Positions 9,263-20,183 of a stretch of 64,000 nucleotides of DNA are shown here, piece by piece. Source of the DNA: Angustibacter luteus (GTDB lineage: Bacteria > Actinomycetota > Actinomycetes > Actinomycetales > Angustibacteraceae); NCBI RefSeq assembly GCF_039541115.1, contig NZ_BAABFP010000002.1, positions 806,001-870,000 on the forward strand, read 5' to 3'. The translations under genes and the position numbers were made by a program. The notes under the pieces were generated by a model. That model was not told the origin of the DNA, made no database searches, and saw only the letters and a program-made list of their open reading frames with translations. Positions within the stretch are counted from its first letter, which is position 1. Each line of letters begins with the position of its first letter.

Positions 9263-10255
9263 GTGAGCCCCACCCCCGTCAAGGTCGCCGTCACCGGAGC
9301 CGCCGGCCAGATCGGTTACAGCCTGCTGTTCCGCATCGCGAGCGGCGCGCTGCTGGGCCCCGACACTCCCGTCGAGCTGCGCCTGCTGGAGATCACGCCG
9401 GCGCTCGGCGCGCTCGAGGGCGTCGTCATGGAGCTCGACGACTGCGCGTTCCCGCTGCTGTCCAAGGTCGAGATCGGCGACGACGCCGAGACGATCTTCG
9501 ACGGCGTGAACCTCGCCCTGCTGGTCGGCGCCCGCCCGCGCACCAAGGGCATGGAGCGCGGCGACCTGCTGGAGGCCAACGGCGCCATCTTCACCGCGCA
9601 GGGCAAGGCGCTCAACAAGGTCGCGGCCGACGACGTGCGGATCGGGGTGACCGGGAACCCGGCCAACACGAACGCGCTGATCGCGATGAGCAACGCCCCC
9701 GACATCCCCCGCGAGCGGTTCTCCGCGCTGACCCGGCTGGACCACAACCGTGGCCTGTCGCAGCTCGCGAAGAAGGCCGGCGTCACGGTCAGCGAGATCA
9801 AGAAGCTGACGATCTGGGGTAACCACTCGGCCACCCAGTACACCGACATCTTCCACGCGGAGATCAACGGCCAGAACGCCGCCGAGGTCGTGAACGACCA
9901 GGCCTGGATCGCCGACACGTTCATCCCGACCGTCGCCAAGCGCGGTGCGGCGATCATCGAGGCGCGGGGCTCGTCGTCCGCCGCCTCCGCCGCGTCGGCC
10001 ACCATCGACGCCGGCCGCGACTGGCTCACCGGCTCCCCCGAGGGCGACTGGGTGTCGATGGCCGTCGTCTCGGACGGCTCGTACGGCGTCCCCGAGGGCC
10101 TGATCTACTCCTACCCGGTGATCACCAGGAACGGTGACTGGGAGATCGTCCAGGGCCTGGAGATCGACGACTTCTCGCGAGCCAAGATGGACGCGACCGC
10201 CGCCGAGCTCGTCGAGGAGCGCGACGCCGTCAAGGCGCTGGGCCTGATCGGCTGA
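9263..10255 (+). CDS. mdh: Malate dehydrogenase
   Basis: [29 protein letters not shown]. Confidence 0.97.
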   Translation: MSPTPVKVAVTGAAGQIGYSLLFRIASGALLGPDTPVELRLLEITPALGALEGVVMELDDCAFPLLSKVEIGDDAETIFDGVNLALLVGARPRTKGMERGDLLEANGAIFTAQGKALNKVAADDVRIGVTGNPANTNALIAMSNAPDIPRERFSALTRLDHNRGLSQLAKKAGVTVSEIKKLTIWGNHSATQYTDIFHAEINGQNAAEVVNDQAWIADTFIPTVAKRGAAIIEARGSSSAASAASATIDAGRDWLTGSPEGDWVSMAVVSDGSYGVPEGLIYSYPVITRNGDWEIVQGLEIDDFSRAKMDATAAELVEERDAVKALGLIG

Positions 10256-10258
10256 GCG

Positions 10259-10528
10259 TCAGGCCGTGAGCTTGATGGTCGCCGCCAGGGCGATCGCGGC
10301 GACCGCGACGGCCGCCAGCATCAGGACGTCGGCGGGGCGGGAGCGCACCACGAGCGCTCCCGCCGCGGACGCCGGCAGCACGGCGCGGAGAACCGCCACC
10401 AGTCCGATCGTCGCGGCCAGCAGGTAGCCGCCGAGCCGCAGCTCGTCCGCGACCACCGCGGTCACGCCGGCCGCCACCCCGACGGGGAGCACCAGCCAGG
10501 GGCCGAGCAGCCGCGGCGTGGTGTTCAT
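10259..10528 (-). CDS. Small membrane protein (DUF3017-like)
   Basis: Three hydrophobic segments; LRAVLP...[13 protein letters not shown] overlap with folD. Confidence 0.75.
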   Translation of the reverse strand: MNTTPRLLGPWLVLPVGVAAGVTAVVADELRLGGYLLAATIGLVAVLRAVLPASAAGALVVRSRPADVLMLAAVAVAAIALAATIKLTA

Positions 10529-11394
10529 GCGCTGGCCCGCTCCGCGGCGTCCACGACGTTGCTCAACAGCATGGCCCGGGTCATCGGCCCGACGCCGCCG
10601 GGGTTGGGGCTGACCCAGCCGGCCACCTGCGTGACGTCGTCCGCGACGTCCCCGGCGACCCGCGACTTCCCGTCCGCACCGACGACGCGGCTGACGCCGA
10701 CGTCCAGGACGGCGGCACCAGGCTTGACCATGTCGGCCGTCACCAGACCGGGGACGCCGGCGGCCGCCACGACGACGTCCGCGCGACGCACCTCGGCGGC
10801 CAGGTCGCGGGTTCCCGTGTGGCACAACGTGACCGTGGAGTTCTCGCTGCGCCGGGTGAGCATCAGGCCGAGGGGGCGACCGACGGTGATGCCGCGGCCG
10901 ATGACGCAGACCTGCGCGCCGGCCAGCGGGACGTCGTAGCGGCGCAGCAGCTCGATGATGCCGGTCGGCGTGCACGGGGTGGGGGCGGCCTTGCCGAGCG
11001 CCAGCCAGCCCAGGTTCATCGGGTGCAGGCCGTCGACGTCCTTGACCGGGTCGACCCGCTCGAGGATCGCGAACTCGTCCAGGCCGGTGGGCTGCTGCAC
11101 CAGGAACGCGGTGCAGGCGGGGTCGGCGTTGAGCTCGTCGACGACGGCCTCGACCTCGGCCTGGGTCGTGCCGACGGGGAGCTCGCGCTGCAGGCTGGCG
11201 ATGCCGATCTCGGCGCAGTCCTTGTGCTTGGCGTTGACGTACCACCGGCTGCCCGGGTCGTCGCCCACCAGCACGGTCCCCAGCCCGGGGACGACGCCCT
11301 GCTCGCGCAGCCGGTCCACCCGGACCCGCAGCTCGCCCTTGATCTGGGCGAGCACCGCCTTGCCGTCCATCACGCCTGCCGCCATGCCGTTCAT
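10525..11394 (-). CDS. folD: Methylenetetrahydrofolate dehydrogenase/cyclohydrolase
   Basis: [34 protein letters not shown]. Confidence 0.96.
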   Translation of the reverse strand: MNGMAAGVMDGKAVLAQIKGELRVRVDRLREQGVVPGLGTVLVGDDPGSRWYVNAKHKDCAEIGIASLQRELPVGTTQAEVEAVVDELNADPACTAFLVQQPTGLDEFAILERVDPVKDVDGLHPMNLGWLALGKAAPTPCTPTGIIELLRRYDVPLAGAQVCVIGRGITVGRPLGLMLTRRSENSTVTLCHTGTRDLAAEVRRADVVVAAAGVPGLVTADMVKPGAAVLDVGVSRVVGADGKSRVAGDVADDVTQVAGWVSPNPGGVGPMTRAMLLSNVVDAAERASA

Positions 11395-11435
11395 CCTTCC
11401 ATGCCGACCGGTCGGCGCTGCCCGGGACCCGCTGG

Positions 11436-11462
11436 CTCAAGCCGAGGCGCCGCACCGCCGAT
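11436..11462 (+). promoter_or_regulatory. Putative sigma-28 (FliA/WhiG-type) promoter CTCA-N17-GCCGAT
   Basis: CTCA at 11436-11439 and GCCGAT at 11457-11462, just upstream of GTG at 11471. Confidence 0.5.
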
Positions 11463-11470
11463 GGGGGGGC

Positions 11471-12388
11471 GTGGTGGACTGCGCAGACCAGGCCCGCGGG
11501 CCGGACGACGCCCCGTGCTGGGCCGGGCACTGGTCCCGGGTCGAGCCGCTCCAGTCCGTCTGGGCGCAGGCCGCGCTGGTGCGCACCGTGGGTTCGCTCC
11601 CGCGCCTGCACGCATGGCGCCTCGGTGACGCCAAGGGTTCGTCACGCCAGCTGCAGTGGGTCGCACAGCTGGCCGGCAGCCCGGCGCCGATCGCCCCGCT
11701 CGGGGTCCTCGCGGTCACCGCGACCCAGCCCCGGCTGGACCACGGCGACGGGTCGGACGTCGGTGACAGCGTCGACCTCGCGATGGCCGTCGGCAGCTGG
11801 GCCGTCGACGCGCTGACCGGCGCCCTGAACGGCCTGGCGACGCGAGGGACGAACCCGCAGTGGGCAGGCGCGATGGTCCGGTTGCCCGGCAGCTGGCTGC
11901 CGCCGATGGCCTGGCTACCGCGCGACCGGCGCGGCGGTGACGACCCGGGGACCGCGTGGCCCACGGAGTCGGTCGAGGTGGCCCGCCGGTACACGTTGCA
12001 CTGCGCCGAGCTGCGCACGATGGCAGCGCTGCTCACGCCTGCGGTGCTGGCCCTCGCGCTGGACGCCGTGCCCGCCGGCAGCGCGGTGACGGTCGCGGGC
12101 GATGCGCTGCACGTGTGGTGGCCGTACTCCGGCGACGCGCTGCGCCAGGTGGGCCGGGTCGCCCGGGCCGGCCGTGCCGCGCGGCTCATCGCGGACGCCT
12201 TCCCGGCGTTCGTGCTCGCCGACTTCCCGGACCGCAGCGGTGAGGTCGAGGCGGACCTCGCCGAGCGGCAGTCCGCAGCCGACGCGTACCGCGCGTCCCG
12301 ACGTCCGGGCGCGTCCGTGGACCCCGTCATGCAGCGGATCTACGACCAGGCCCGCGCCGCCTACGACGCCGGCCACCCCTCCCCCTGA
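11471..12388 (+). CDS. Hypothetical protein
   Basis: Fills the folD-purH gap with host-like codon usage; start uncertain. Confidence 0.6.
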   Translation: MVDCADQARGPDDAPCWAGHWSRVEPLQSVWAQAALVRTVGSLPRLHAWRLGDAKGSSRQLQWVAQLAGSPAPIAPLGVLAVTATQPRLDHGDGSDVGDSVDLAMAVGSWAVDALTGALNGLATRGTNPQWAGAMVRLPGSWLPPMAWLPRDRRGGDDPGTAWPTESVEVARRYTLHCAELRTMAALLTPAVLALALDAVPAGSAVTVAGDALHVWWPYSGDALRQVGRVARAGRAARLIADAFPAFVLADFPDRSGEVEADLAERQSAADAYRASRRPGASVDPVMQRIYDQARAAYDAGHPSP

Positions 12389-12402
12389 CCCGCCCGACCT
12401 CA

Positions 12403-12465
12403 CGCAGATGTCCCGACATCCGGGGTCGTGGGCGCTCCATGACCCCGAATGTCGGGACAAGTGCG
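12403..12465. repeat. Long imperfect inverted repeat (REP-like or bidirectional terminator)
   Basis: tgtcccgacat-c-cggggtcgtgg / ccatgaccccg-a-atgtcgggaca between convergent genes. Confidence 0.75.
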
Positions 12466-12481
12466 GGTGAGGCTGCTCGGG

Positions 12482-14086
12482 TCAGTGGGCGAAGTGGCGG
12501 GTGCCGGTGAGGTAGAGGGTCACGCCGGCGGCGTTCGCGGCCTCGATGATCTCGTTGTCGCGGATCGACCCCCCGGGCTGGACGACGGCCCGCACACCCG
12601 CGTCCAGCAGCACCTGCAGCCCGTCGGCGAACGGGAAGAACGCGTCGGACGCCGCCACGGCACCGGCCGCCCGCTCCGCGCCGGCCCGCTCGACGGCCAG
12701 CCGGCACGAGTCGACCCGGTTGACCTGACCCATGCCGACCCCGACGCTCGCCCCGTCGGCGGCGAGCAGGATCGCGTTCGACTTCACGGCCCGCACCGCG
12801 CGCCAGGCGAAGGCGAGGTCGGCCAGCACGTCGTCGCCGGCCGCCGGACCCGCCGCCAACGTCCAGGACGACGGGTCGTCGCCCCCGGTGGGGACGCCGT
12901 CCTCGCCGGTCACCACCGCGTCGATCCGGTCCCCGGTCTGCACGAGGACGCCGCCGCTGACCTGGCGCAGCTCGACGCTGTCCCGGCCGTAGCCGTCGGG
13001 CAGCTCGAGCAGCCGGACGTTCTTCTTGCGGGTGAGCAGCTCGTAGGCGTCGGCCTCGAAGGACGGCGCGACGACCACCTCGGTGAACACGTCCGCGAGC
13101 TGCTCGGCCATCGCCAGCGTCACCGGACGGTTCGCCGCCACCACGCCGCCGTACGCCGACACCGGGTCGCAGGCGTGCGCCTTGCGGTGCGCGTCCGCGA
13201 CGTCGTCCCCCACCGCGATGCCGCACGGGTTGGCGTGCTTGATGATCGCGACGGCCGGCCGGTCGAAGTCGAAGGCCGAGCGCAGCGCGGCGTCGGCGTC
13301 CACGTAGTTGTTGTAGGACATCTCCTTGCCGTGCAACGGGGTCGCCTGGGCGATGCCCGGCGTCGCGTCGGCGTCCACGTAGAGCGCGGCCTGCTGGTGC
13401 GGGTTCTCGCCGTAGCGCAGGGTCGCCGCCCGCTCCAGCGCGAGGCCCGCGTAGGCCGGCCACCACTGCGGGTCGTCGTCCAGCTCCTGCGCGCACCAGG
13501 CCGCCACGGCCTTGTCGTACGACGCCGTGTGGGCGAACGCCCGAGCGGCCAGCCGGCGACGCGCGGCGAGGTCGAAACCGCCGTCCTGCAACGCCTCCAG
13601 CACCTGTGGGTAGTCCGACGGGTCGGTCACGATCGCCACGCTGGCGTGGTTCTTCGCGGCGGCGCGCACCATCGACGGGCCACCGATGTCGATCTGCTCG
13701 ACGACGTCGTCCAGGCCCGCGCCGGAGGCCACGGTCTCGCGGAACGGGTACAGGTTGCTGACCACCAGGTCGAACGGCTCGATGCCGAGCTCGTCGAGCT
13801 GGCGCTCGTGGTCGGCGTTGCGCCGGTCGGCCAGGATGCCCGCGTGCACCTTGGGGTGCAACGTCTTCACGCGCCCGTCCAGGCACTCCGGGAAGCCCGT
13901 GAGGTCCTCGACCTGGGTGACCGGCACGCCCGTCGAGGCGATCAGCTTGGCCGTCGAACCGGTCGACACGATCGCCACGCCGGCACCGTGCAGCGCCGCC
14001 GCGAGGTCCTCCAGCCCGGACTTGTCGTACACCGACACCAGGGCGCGGCGGATGACCCGCCGGCCGTTCGTGGTGGGCTCGCTCAC
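12482..14086 (-). CDS. purH: Bifunctional AICAR transformylase/IMP cyclohydrolase
   Basis: [48 protein letters not shown]. Confidence 0.98.
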   Translation of the reverse strand: MSEPTTNGRRVIRRALVSVYDKSGLEDLAAALHGAGVAIVSTGSTAKLIASTGVPVTQVEDLTGFPECLDGRVKTLHPKVHAGILADRRNADHERQLDELGIEPFDLVVSNLYPFRETVASGAGLDDVVEQIDIGGPSMVRAAAKNHASVAIVTDPSDYPQVLEALQDGGFDLAARRRLAARAFAHTASYDKAVAAWCAQELDDDPQWWPAYAGLALERAATLRYGENPHQQAALYVDADATPGIAQATPLHGKEMSYNNYVDADAALRSAFDFDRPAVAIIKHANPCGIAVGDDVADAHRKAHACDPVSAYGGVVAANRPVTLAMAEQLADVFTEVVVAPSFEADAYELLTRKKNVRLLELPDGYGRDSVELRQVSGGVLVQTGDRIDAVVTGEDGVPTGGDDPSSWTLAAGPAAGDDVLADLAFAWRAVRAVKSNAILLAADGASVGVGMGQVNRVDSCRLAVERAGAERAAGAVAASDAFFPFADGLQVLLDAGVRAVVQPGGSIRDNEIIEAANAAGVTLYLTGTRHFAH

Positions 14087-14727
14087 GGGATGGTGACCCT
14101 TCTGTCGTGGACGGTCCAGCCGTCGCGGGCCATCCGGCCCACGACGTCGACGAGCATGGCGCGCTCGACGGTCTTGATGCGCTCGTGCAGGGACTCGACG
14201 TCGTCACCGTCGGCGACCTCGACCGCGCGCTGGGCGATGATCGCGCCGGTGTCGACCCCGTCGTCCACCAGGAACAGCGTCGCACCGGTCACCTTCACGC
14301 CGTACGCGAGGGCGTCGGCCGCGCCGTGCATGCCGGGGAACGAGGGCAGCAGCGCCGGGTGGGTGTTGACGTAGCGGCCGGCGAAGCGGGCCAGGAACGC
14401 CGGACCCGCCAGCTTCATGAACCCGGCGGAGACCACCAGGTCCGGCTCGCACGCCGCGACGACGTCGGTGACGTCGCGGTCCCAGGCCGCGCGGTCGGGC
14501 GCATCGGCCACCCGCCGGACGAACGTCGGGACGCCGGCCCGCTCGGCCCGGGCCAGCCCCTCGATGCCGGGCCGGTCGGCCCCGACCGCGACGACCTGCG
14601 CGCCGTACGACGGGTCCTGGCAGGCATCGAGCAGCGCCTGCAGGTTCGTCCCGGCGCCCGAGACCAGCACCACCAGGCGCGCAGGTCTGCGCGGGCGGTC
14701 GCGCGGGCGGCCCGCGTGCGTCGTCAC
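14083..14727 (-). CDS. purN: Phosphoribosylglycinamide formyltransferase
   Basis: [32 protein letters not shown]. Confidence 0.95.
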   Translation of the reverse strand: MTTHAGRPRDRPRRPARLVVLVSGAGTNLQALLDACQDPSYGAQVVAVGADRPGIEGLARAERAGVPTFVRRVADAPDRAAWDRDVTDVVAACEPDLVVSAGFMKLAGPAFLARFAGRYVNTHPALLPSFPGMHGAADALAYGVKVTGATLFLVDDGVDTGAIIAQRAVEVADGDDVESLHERIKTVERAMLVDVVGRMARDGWTVHDRRVTIP

Positions 14728-14752
14728 GGTGGACGAGGGTATCCGGCTCGGG

Positions 14753-16036
14753 TCAGTGGCTGATCCGGCGGTGGGTCATCCAGGCCACCGCCGCCGCCCC
14801 GAACGCCAGCTCGCCGGCCAGCACCAGCCCCACCCGCCACGGGGACGGACCGACCTCGGCCAGCGCCCCCGGCCCCGCCGCACCCCCGCTGAGCGCCATC
14901 AGCACGGTCAGGAACCCGGCCGCGAGCGCCGCCGCGGTCAGGGCGGCGCGGATGCAGTCGACCGCGCTGGGATCCGGCTCGGGCGTCGAGCGCGCCGCCA
15001 CCCACCAGCCGAGCAGGCCGCCGACGACCACCGGCACCAGCACCACGGCCCACAGCGCGGTCGGCAGCGGACCCGGTGCGGGCACCGCACCGAGCGCGGG
15101 CACCAGCGGCAGCAGGCCCAGGCTCGAACCACCGGCGGAGACCAGCGACCCGGCTCCGAACGCGACCCCGGGGCCGGCCAGGAAGGCCACCGACCAGATC
15201 GCGGCGTTGGGGATCAGGGCGAGCTGGCCGAGGCTCAGCACCAGCCCGCCGACCGCGCCGGGATCGAGGGCCCGGTGCAGGGTCAGGATCCGGTCCAGGT
15301 GCCAGGCGAGCGTCACCGTGAGCAGCACGGCACCGCAGAGCAGCAGCGAGAACGTGGCCATCAGGGCCCCGCGCAGGGCCCGGACGAACGACGGCGGCAC
15401 CGGGACGACGTCCGCGACCAGCGCGCTCAGGGGACGTTCCAGCGTCCGGCCGCTCGCCCCCAGCGCGCCGGCACCGGCAGCCAGCAGGGGCAGCACGAAC
15501 CCGAACACGGCCGCCTGCCAGAGCACCGGCCGGAGCATCCCGGACGACGAGCCGCCGCCGTCGGTGCGGGCCACCAGCGCGGCGAACGTCACGACGATCG
15601 CGTAGCCGCCCGCCAGCGCCGCCACCACCGGTGCGAGCGCGCGCAGTGGGGACGTGCTCGCGGTCAGGGTCTTGCGGTCCAGCCCGGACCCCACCCGTCG
15701 CCCGGCGACCCAGCACAGCCAGATCGGGACGAGCGTCAGGCCCAGCGGGGCGAAGGCGACCGAGCCGCCGGGCAGCAGCACCTGCACGCGGTGCACGACG
15801 AGCCAGAGCACCGTCGACACCCGCGCGGCCTCACCCCAGGTGGCGCTGGCCTGCGCGGACGTGGCCCACGCCAGGAGCGCCGGCAGCACGACGGCGACCC
15901 AGGACAGCGCCGCGGTGGCCGCGCCGGTCAGCGCCGCCATCGTCGCCGTCGTCGCCCGCTCCTGGGCAGCGGTGGACGACGCGCGCTCGGAGGCGCGCGG
16001 GGGCGAGTCGTTGCGCAGGCGGTCGAGGAGGCTCAT
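14753..16036 (-). CDS. Multi-pass membrane protein (DUF6350/PerM-like)
   Basis: Many TM helices; PLGLT, PNAAIW, LSGG..GPG motifs; usual position upstream of purN. Confidence 0.8.
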   Translation of the reverse strand: MSLLDRLRNDSPPRASERASSTAAQERATTATMAALTGAATAALSWVAVVLPALLAWATSAQASATWGEAARVSTVLWLVVHRVQVLLPGGSVAFAPLGLTLVPIWLCWVAGRRVGSGLDRKTLTASTSPLRALAPVVAALAGGYAIVVTFAALVARTDGGGSSSGMLRPVLWQAAVFGFVLPLLAAGAGALGASGRTLERPLSALVADVVPVPPSFVRALRGALMATFSLLLCGAVLLTVTLAWHLDRILTLHRALDPGAVGGLVLSLGQLALIPNAAIWSVAFLAGPGVAFGAGSLVSAGGSSLGLLPLVPALGAVPAPGPLPTALWAVVLVPVVVGGLLGWWVAARSTPEPDPSAVDCIRAALTAAALAAGFLTVLMALSGGAAGPGALAEVGPSPWRVGLVLAGELAFGAAAVAWMTHRRISH

Positions 16037-16166
16037 GTCCTGTCCATGGTCGCGGGCGCAGCCGCTCCGCCGTCGGACCACGCGAAAGGTCGGGGTGTCG
16101 CGCCTGCAACCATCCGGCCCGCTGCCGCGTGATGATGGACGTGGACGGACCGGACGGAGGTACCAC

Positions 16167-16733
16167 GTGGCTGCGCACCCGGCGCAGGAGTCGTTCGACG
16201 ACTTCTACCGGACGACGAGCCGTCGCGTGGTGCACCAGGTGTACGCGATGACGGGCGACCTGGCCGAGGCGCAGGACTGCGTCCAGGAGGCGTACGCCCG
16301 CGCCTGGCAGCGGTGGGGACGGGTGGGGTCGATGGCCGATCCCGAGGCCTGGGTGCGCACGGTCGCCCGGCGGGTCGCGGTCTCCCGCTGGCGACGCACC
16401 GTGACCGCCACCCGGCACCTGCTGCGCCAGCGCGGCGAGCCGGTGACGCCGCCGCCCAGCGAGGACCACCAGCTCGTCGTGCAGGCCCTTCGCCAGATCC
16501 CGGCCGCTCAGCGCGAGGCCATCGTGCTGCACCACCTGGTCGGGCTGCCGGTGGCCCAGGTCGCCGTCGAGACCGGCGCCCCCGAGGGCACGGTGAAGGC
16601 GCGGCTGCACCGCGGCCGGGCCGCGCTCGCGCAGATCATCGGGCCGCTCGACGCGCCTCCCGACGTCCGGCCCGATGCCCGAGCCGATGCCCGGCCCGAA
16701 GCCCGGCCCGATGCACCGGGAGGCCGGTCATGA
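16167..16733 (+). CDS. ECF sigma factor (SigE-like)
   Basis: EAQDCVQEAY.RAW..W, QREAIVLHH...GTVKARLHRGR; RBS GGAGG. Confidence 0.92.
   Translation: MAAHPAQESFDDFYRTTSRRVVHQVYAMTGDLAEAQDCVQEAYARAWQRWGRVGSMADPEAWVRTVARRVAVSRWRRTVTATRHLLRQRGEPVTPPPSEDHQLVVQALRQIPAAQREAIVLHHLVGLPVAQVAVETGAPEGTVKARLHRGRAALAQIIGPLDAPPDVRPDARADARPEARPDAPGGRS
16659..16718 (+). repeat. Five imperfect 12-bp tandem repeats in the sigma factor C-terminal tail
   Basis: cccgacgtccgg cccgatgcccga gccgatgcccgg cccgaagcccgg cccgatgcaccg. Confidence 0.7.
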
Positions 16734-17701
16734 GCACCGACCCGGTCCACGACGTCCTGGACTCGCTGCGCGACGACGTCGCGCAGGTGCCGCTGGCGGA
16801 CGCCGGTGCCGTGCGCCGCCGCGGTGACCGTCGCCAGCGGCGCCAGCGGGTCGCGGGCGCCGCCGGGGCCGTCGCTGCCGTCGCGGTGGTCGCGGCCGGC
16901 GTCGGTCTGCTCCAGGGTCCGGCGCCCTCCCCACCCACTCCGCCGGCGACCCAGTCGCTGTCCGTCCCCCCACCCTCGACCGGGACCACCACCGGGACCA
17001 GTACCGGGAGCACGTCTCCCACCGACACCTCCTCGGCGACCACGCCCGCGACCCCGGCCACCCGCTCGGTGATCACCGTCCAGCCGGTGGGTGTCGGCGA
17101 CGTCCCGGCGCGGTACTTCCTGCCCGGCCGCTACTGGCGCGGGCCCGACCTGAACGACAACGCGGCGATCGTCTCGGCCGCGCTCAAGGAGTCCGAGGGC
17201 TCGATCCAGTACTTCGACTGCGACCCCGACACCCGACTCAAGGGCGACGTCGCGCTGGTGCAGGCGACGGAGCGGTCCGGCGGCTACGTCGGGGTGCAGA
17301 AGGTGCGCGTCCTGGGCTCGGTGCAGGCAGCGCAGACCCTCATGGACGAACTCGTCGCCGCGATGCCGCGCTGCCAGGCCCGCCTGCGGGCCCAGGCGAT
17401 CGCGGACGCCGGGCCGTTGCCCTCCGGCGAGACCGCTCCCGTGCCGAACGCCACCGTCGTCGAGGACCCGCAGAGCCAGCTCGACGACGCGAGCGGGTCC
17501 CTGCGGGTCTACCGGACCACCTCGGACTACGGCACCCCGGCCAGCTCGAAGACCATCGAGTGGGTGGTCCTGGCCCGCGAGGGATCAACGGTCACCTCCG
17601 TCGCGATCCGCAAGAGCGAGGACACCCAGGCCACCTTCGGGGCGCTGCGCCGGATCGGTTCGCAGGCCCGCGACCAGCTGCGGTGGGCACTCGCTCAGTG
17701 A
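16730..17701 (+). CDS. Single-pass membrane protein, probable anti-sigma factor
   Basis: ATGA-coupled to the ECF sigma; AVRRRGDRRQRR then TM helix, Thr/Pro linker and extracellular domain. Confidence 0.75.
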   Translation: MSTDPVHDVLDSLRDDVAQVPLADAGAVRRRGDRRQRRQRVAGAAGAVAAVAVVAAGVGLLQGPAPSPPTPPATQSLSVPPPSTGTTTGTSTGSTSPTDTSSATTPATPATRSVITVQPVGVGDVPARYFLPGRYWRGPDLNDNAAIVSAALKESEGSIQYFDCDPDTRLKGDVALVQATERSGGYVGVQKVRVLGSVQAAQTLMDELVAAMPRCQARLRAQAIADAGPLPSGETAPVPNATVVEDPQSQLDDASGSLRVYRTTSDYGTPASSKTIEWVVLAREGSTVTSVAIRKSEDTQATFGALRRIGSQARDQLRWALAQ

Positions 17702-17720
17702 CGGCGGCAGACTGGCGGGC

Positions 17721-19238
17721 ATGACGTCCGACGCCACCACGAACCGGTGGCGGGCGCTCGCGGTCTGCCAGGTCGCGCTGTTCGCGACGCTGATCGACGT
17801 CAGCGTGACGAACGTGGCGTTGCCCTCGATCGGCCGGGCCACCGACGCGACGCCGTCCCAGCTGCAGTGGATCGTCACCGGGTACGTCCTGGCCTTCGGT
17901 CTGGTGCCGGTGCTCGCCGGGCGGCTGGGCGACGACCGGGGCCGGCGGTCGATGTTCCTGATCGGCGTCGGCGGCTTCGTGGTGGCGTCCGCGATCGTCG
18001 GGATCTCGCCCGACCCGAAGCTGATCATCGTGGCCCGGGTGGTGCAGGGCCTGTTCGGCGGCCTGATCAACCCGCAGGTGTCGGGGATCGTGCAGCAGCT
18101 GTTCAGCGGCGCGGAGCGCGGGCGGGCCTTCGGGGCCATCGGGGCCACGGTGGGGACGGCGACCGCGGTCGGACCGCTGGTCGGTGGCCTGCTGATCGGG
18201 ATCGGCGGCCCGGACCTCGGTTGGCGGCTGGTCTTCTTCATCAACGTGCCGATCGGGCTGACCGCGATGGTGCTGGCCTGGCGCTGGCTGCCGGCGCGGG
18301 ACGTTCGGCGCGGCCCGCCGCCACGGCTCGACGTCCTCGGGGCCGCGCTGCTGGGACTGACCACGTTGTGCGTGCTCTTCCCGACGGTGCAGTACGACAG
18401 CGTGCGCGACGCGAGGCTGTTCTGGCTGCTGCTGCCGGCCGTGCCGCTCGCCGCCGCCTTCGTGCGGCGGGAGTGGCGGCTGACCAAGGCACGGCAGGAC
18501 CCGCTGGTCGACCTGCGGCTGTTCCGCCGCCCGTCGTACACCGTGGGGGTCGGGCTGGCGCTGCTGTTCTTCTGCGGCTTCACCGGGCTACCGCTGGTGC
18601 TGGCCCTCTACTACCAGCTGGGCCTGGGGTTCACCGCGCTGCAGTCCGGGCTGGGGATCACGGCGTTCGCGGTCGGGTCGGCCACCGCCGCGCCGCTGGC
18701 CGGACGGCTGGTGCCGCGCTTCGGGCGTCCCCTGGTGATCGTGGCCCTGGGCGTCTTCGCGGCCGGCGCGCTCGCCATCGACCTGGTGGTGCGCAGCGCC
18801 CCGGTCACCACGGACCCGCTGGAGGCGGCGCTGCGGCTCTCGTTGCCGCTGCTGCTGCTCGGGATCGGGGCCGGCGCGATCATCACGCCGAACCAGGCGC
18901 TATCGCTCGCCGACGTCGACCCGCGCATGGGTGGCGCGGCCGGCGGCGTCCTGCAGACCGCGCAACGCATCGGCTCCGCGGTCGGCCAGGCCGTCATCGG
19001 GTCCGCGTTCTTCGCGGCGCTCGCGGCCCAGGGCGTCTCGAACGCGACGGTGGGGACGACGTCCGGCCCGACGTCCGTGAAGGTGTCGCAGGCCTACGCG
19101 TCGGCGCTGTCGACGTCCGTGCTGGTGACGTTGCTGTTCATCGGCGCGGCCCTCGTGCTCGGCGTCGTCGACCTGACCCTGACCCGCCGCCGCAACCGCA
19201 CACCAAACGCGAAAGACGTGCCTATCGCGTCGGGATAG
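17721..19238 (+). CDS. MFS transporter (DHA2/EmrB-like)
   Basis: DVSVTNVALPSI, GRLGDDRGRR, FFINVPIG. Confidence 0.92.
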   Translation: MTSDATTNRWRALAVCQVALFATLIDVSVTNVALPSIGRATDATPSQLQWIVTGYVLAFGLVPVLAGRLGDDRGRRSMFLIGVGGFVVASAIVGISPDPKLIIVARVVQGLFGGLINPQVSGIVQQLFSGAERGRAFGAIGATVGTATAVGPLVGGLLIGIGGPDLGWRLVFFINVPIGLTAMVLAWRWLPARDVRRGPPPRLDVLGAALLGLTTLCVLFPTVQYDSVRDARLFWLLLPAVPLAAAFVRREWRLTKARQDPLVDLRLFRRPSYTVGVGLALLFFCGFTGLPLVLALYYQLGLGFTALQSGLGITAFAVGSATAAPLAGRLVPRFGRPLVIVALGVFAAGALAIDLVVRSAPVTTDPLEAALRLSLPLLLLGIGAGAIITPNQALSLADVDPRMGGAAGGVLQTAQRIGSAVGQAVIGSAFFAALAAQGVSNATVGTTSGPTSVKVSQAYASALSTSVLVTLLFIGAALVLGVVDLTLTRRRNRTPNAKDVPIASG

Positions 19239-19259
19239 GCACGTCTTTCGCGATTGGTG
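19201..19259. repeat. Inverted repeat with a perfect 19-bp stem (REP-like or terminator)
   Basis: cgcgaaagacgtgcctatc (19208-19226) / gataggcacgtctttcgcg (19234-19252), flanked by caccaa/ttggtg. Confidence 0.85.
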
Positions 19260-19264
19260 CGGGG

Positions 19265-20167
19265 TCAGAGCGACTGCATGATCTCGCGCATCAGCTGGGC
19301 GGTCTCGGACGGCGTCTTGCCGACCTTCACGCCGGCGGCCTCGAGGGCTTCCTTCTTGGCCTGCGCAGTGCCCGACGAGCCGGACACGATGGCGCCCGCG
19401 TGGCCCATGGTCTTGCCCTCGGGCGCGGTGAACCCGGCGACATAGCCGACGACCGGCTTCGTCACGTGGTCCTTGATGTACGCAGCGGCGCGCTCCTCGG
19501 CGTCGCCGCCGATCTCGCCGATCATCACGATGGCGTCGGTCTCCGGGTCGTTCTCGAAGGCCTCCAGCGCGTCGATGTGCGTGGTGCCGATGATCGGGTC
19601 GCCGCCGATGCCGATCGCGGACGAAAAGCCGAAGTCCCGCAGCTCGTACATCATCTGGTAGGTCAGCGTGCCGGACTTCGAGACCAGCCCGACCCGGCCG
19701 GCGCCGCTGATGTCCGCCGGGATGATGCCCGCGTTGGACTTGCCGGGGCTGATCAGGCCCGGGCAGTTCGGCCCGATGAGCCGCGTCTTGCCGGAGCGCT
19801 GGGCGTAGGTGAAGAACTCCGCGGTGTCCTTGACCGCGACGCCCTCGGTGATGCAGATGGCGAGCGGGATCTGGGCGTCCACGGCCTCGACGACCGCGGC
19901 CTTGGTGAACTTCGCGGGCACGAAGATGACGGTGACGTCCGCGCCGGTGGCCTCGACGGCCTCGCCGACGGAGCCGAACACCGGGATCTGGACGCCGCCC
20001 GGTGCGTCAGGGCCGTCGAACTCGACGCTCTGGCCGCCCTTGCCGGGCGTGACGCCGCCGACGATGTTCGTGCCGCTGGCCAGCATCCGCTGGGTGTGCT
20101 TGCGCCCCTCGGAGCCGGTCATGCCCTGGACGATGACCTTGCTGTTCTCGGTCAGGAAGATTGCCAT
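19265..20167 (-). CDS. sucD: Succinyl-CoA synthetase alpha subunit
   Basis: [27 protein letters not shown]. Confidence 0.97.
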   Translation of the reverse strand: MAIFLTENSKVIVQGMTGSEGRKHTQRMLASGTNIVGGVTPGKGGQSVEFDGPDAPGGVQIPVFGSVGEAVEATGADVTVIFVPAKFTKAAVVEAVDAQIPLAICITEGVAVKDTAEFFTYAQRSGKTRLIGPNCPGLISPGKSNAGIIPADISGAGRVGLVSKSGTLTYQMMYELRDFGFSSAIGIGGDPIIGTTHIDALEAFENDPETDAIVMIGEIGGDAEERAAAYIKDHVTKPVVGYVAGFTAPEGKTMGHAGAIVSGSSGTAQAKKEALEAAGVKVGKTPSETAQLMREIMQSL

Positions 20168-20183
20168 GTGTGTGGTCCGTCCC

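Noticed and set aside
14083..14760. ZTP/purine riboswitch upstream of purN-purH
   Set aside because: The intergenic gap is only ~25 bp and purN overlaps purH, leaving no room and no matching motif.
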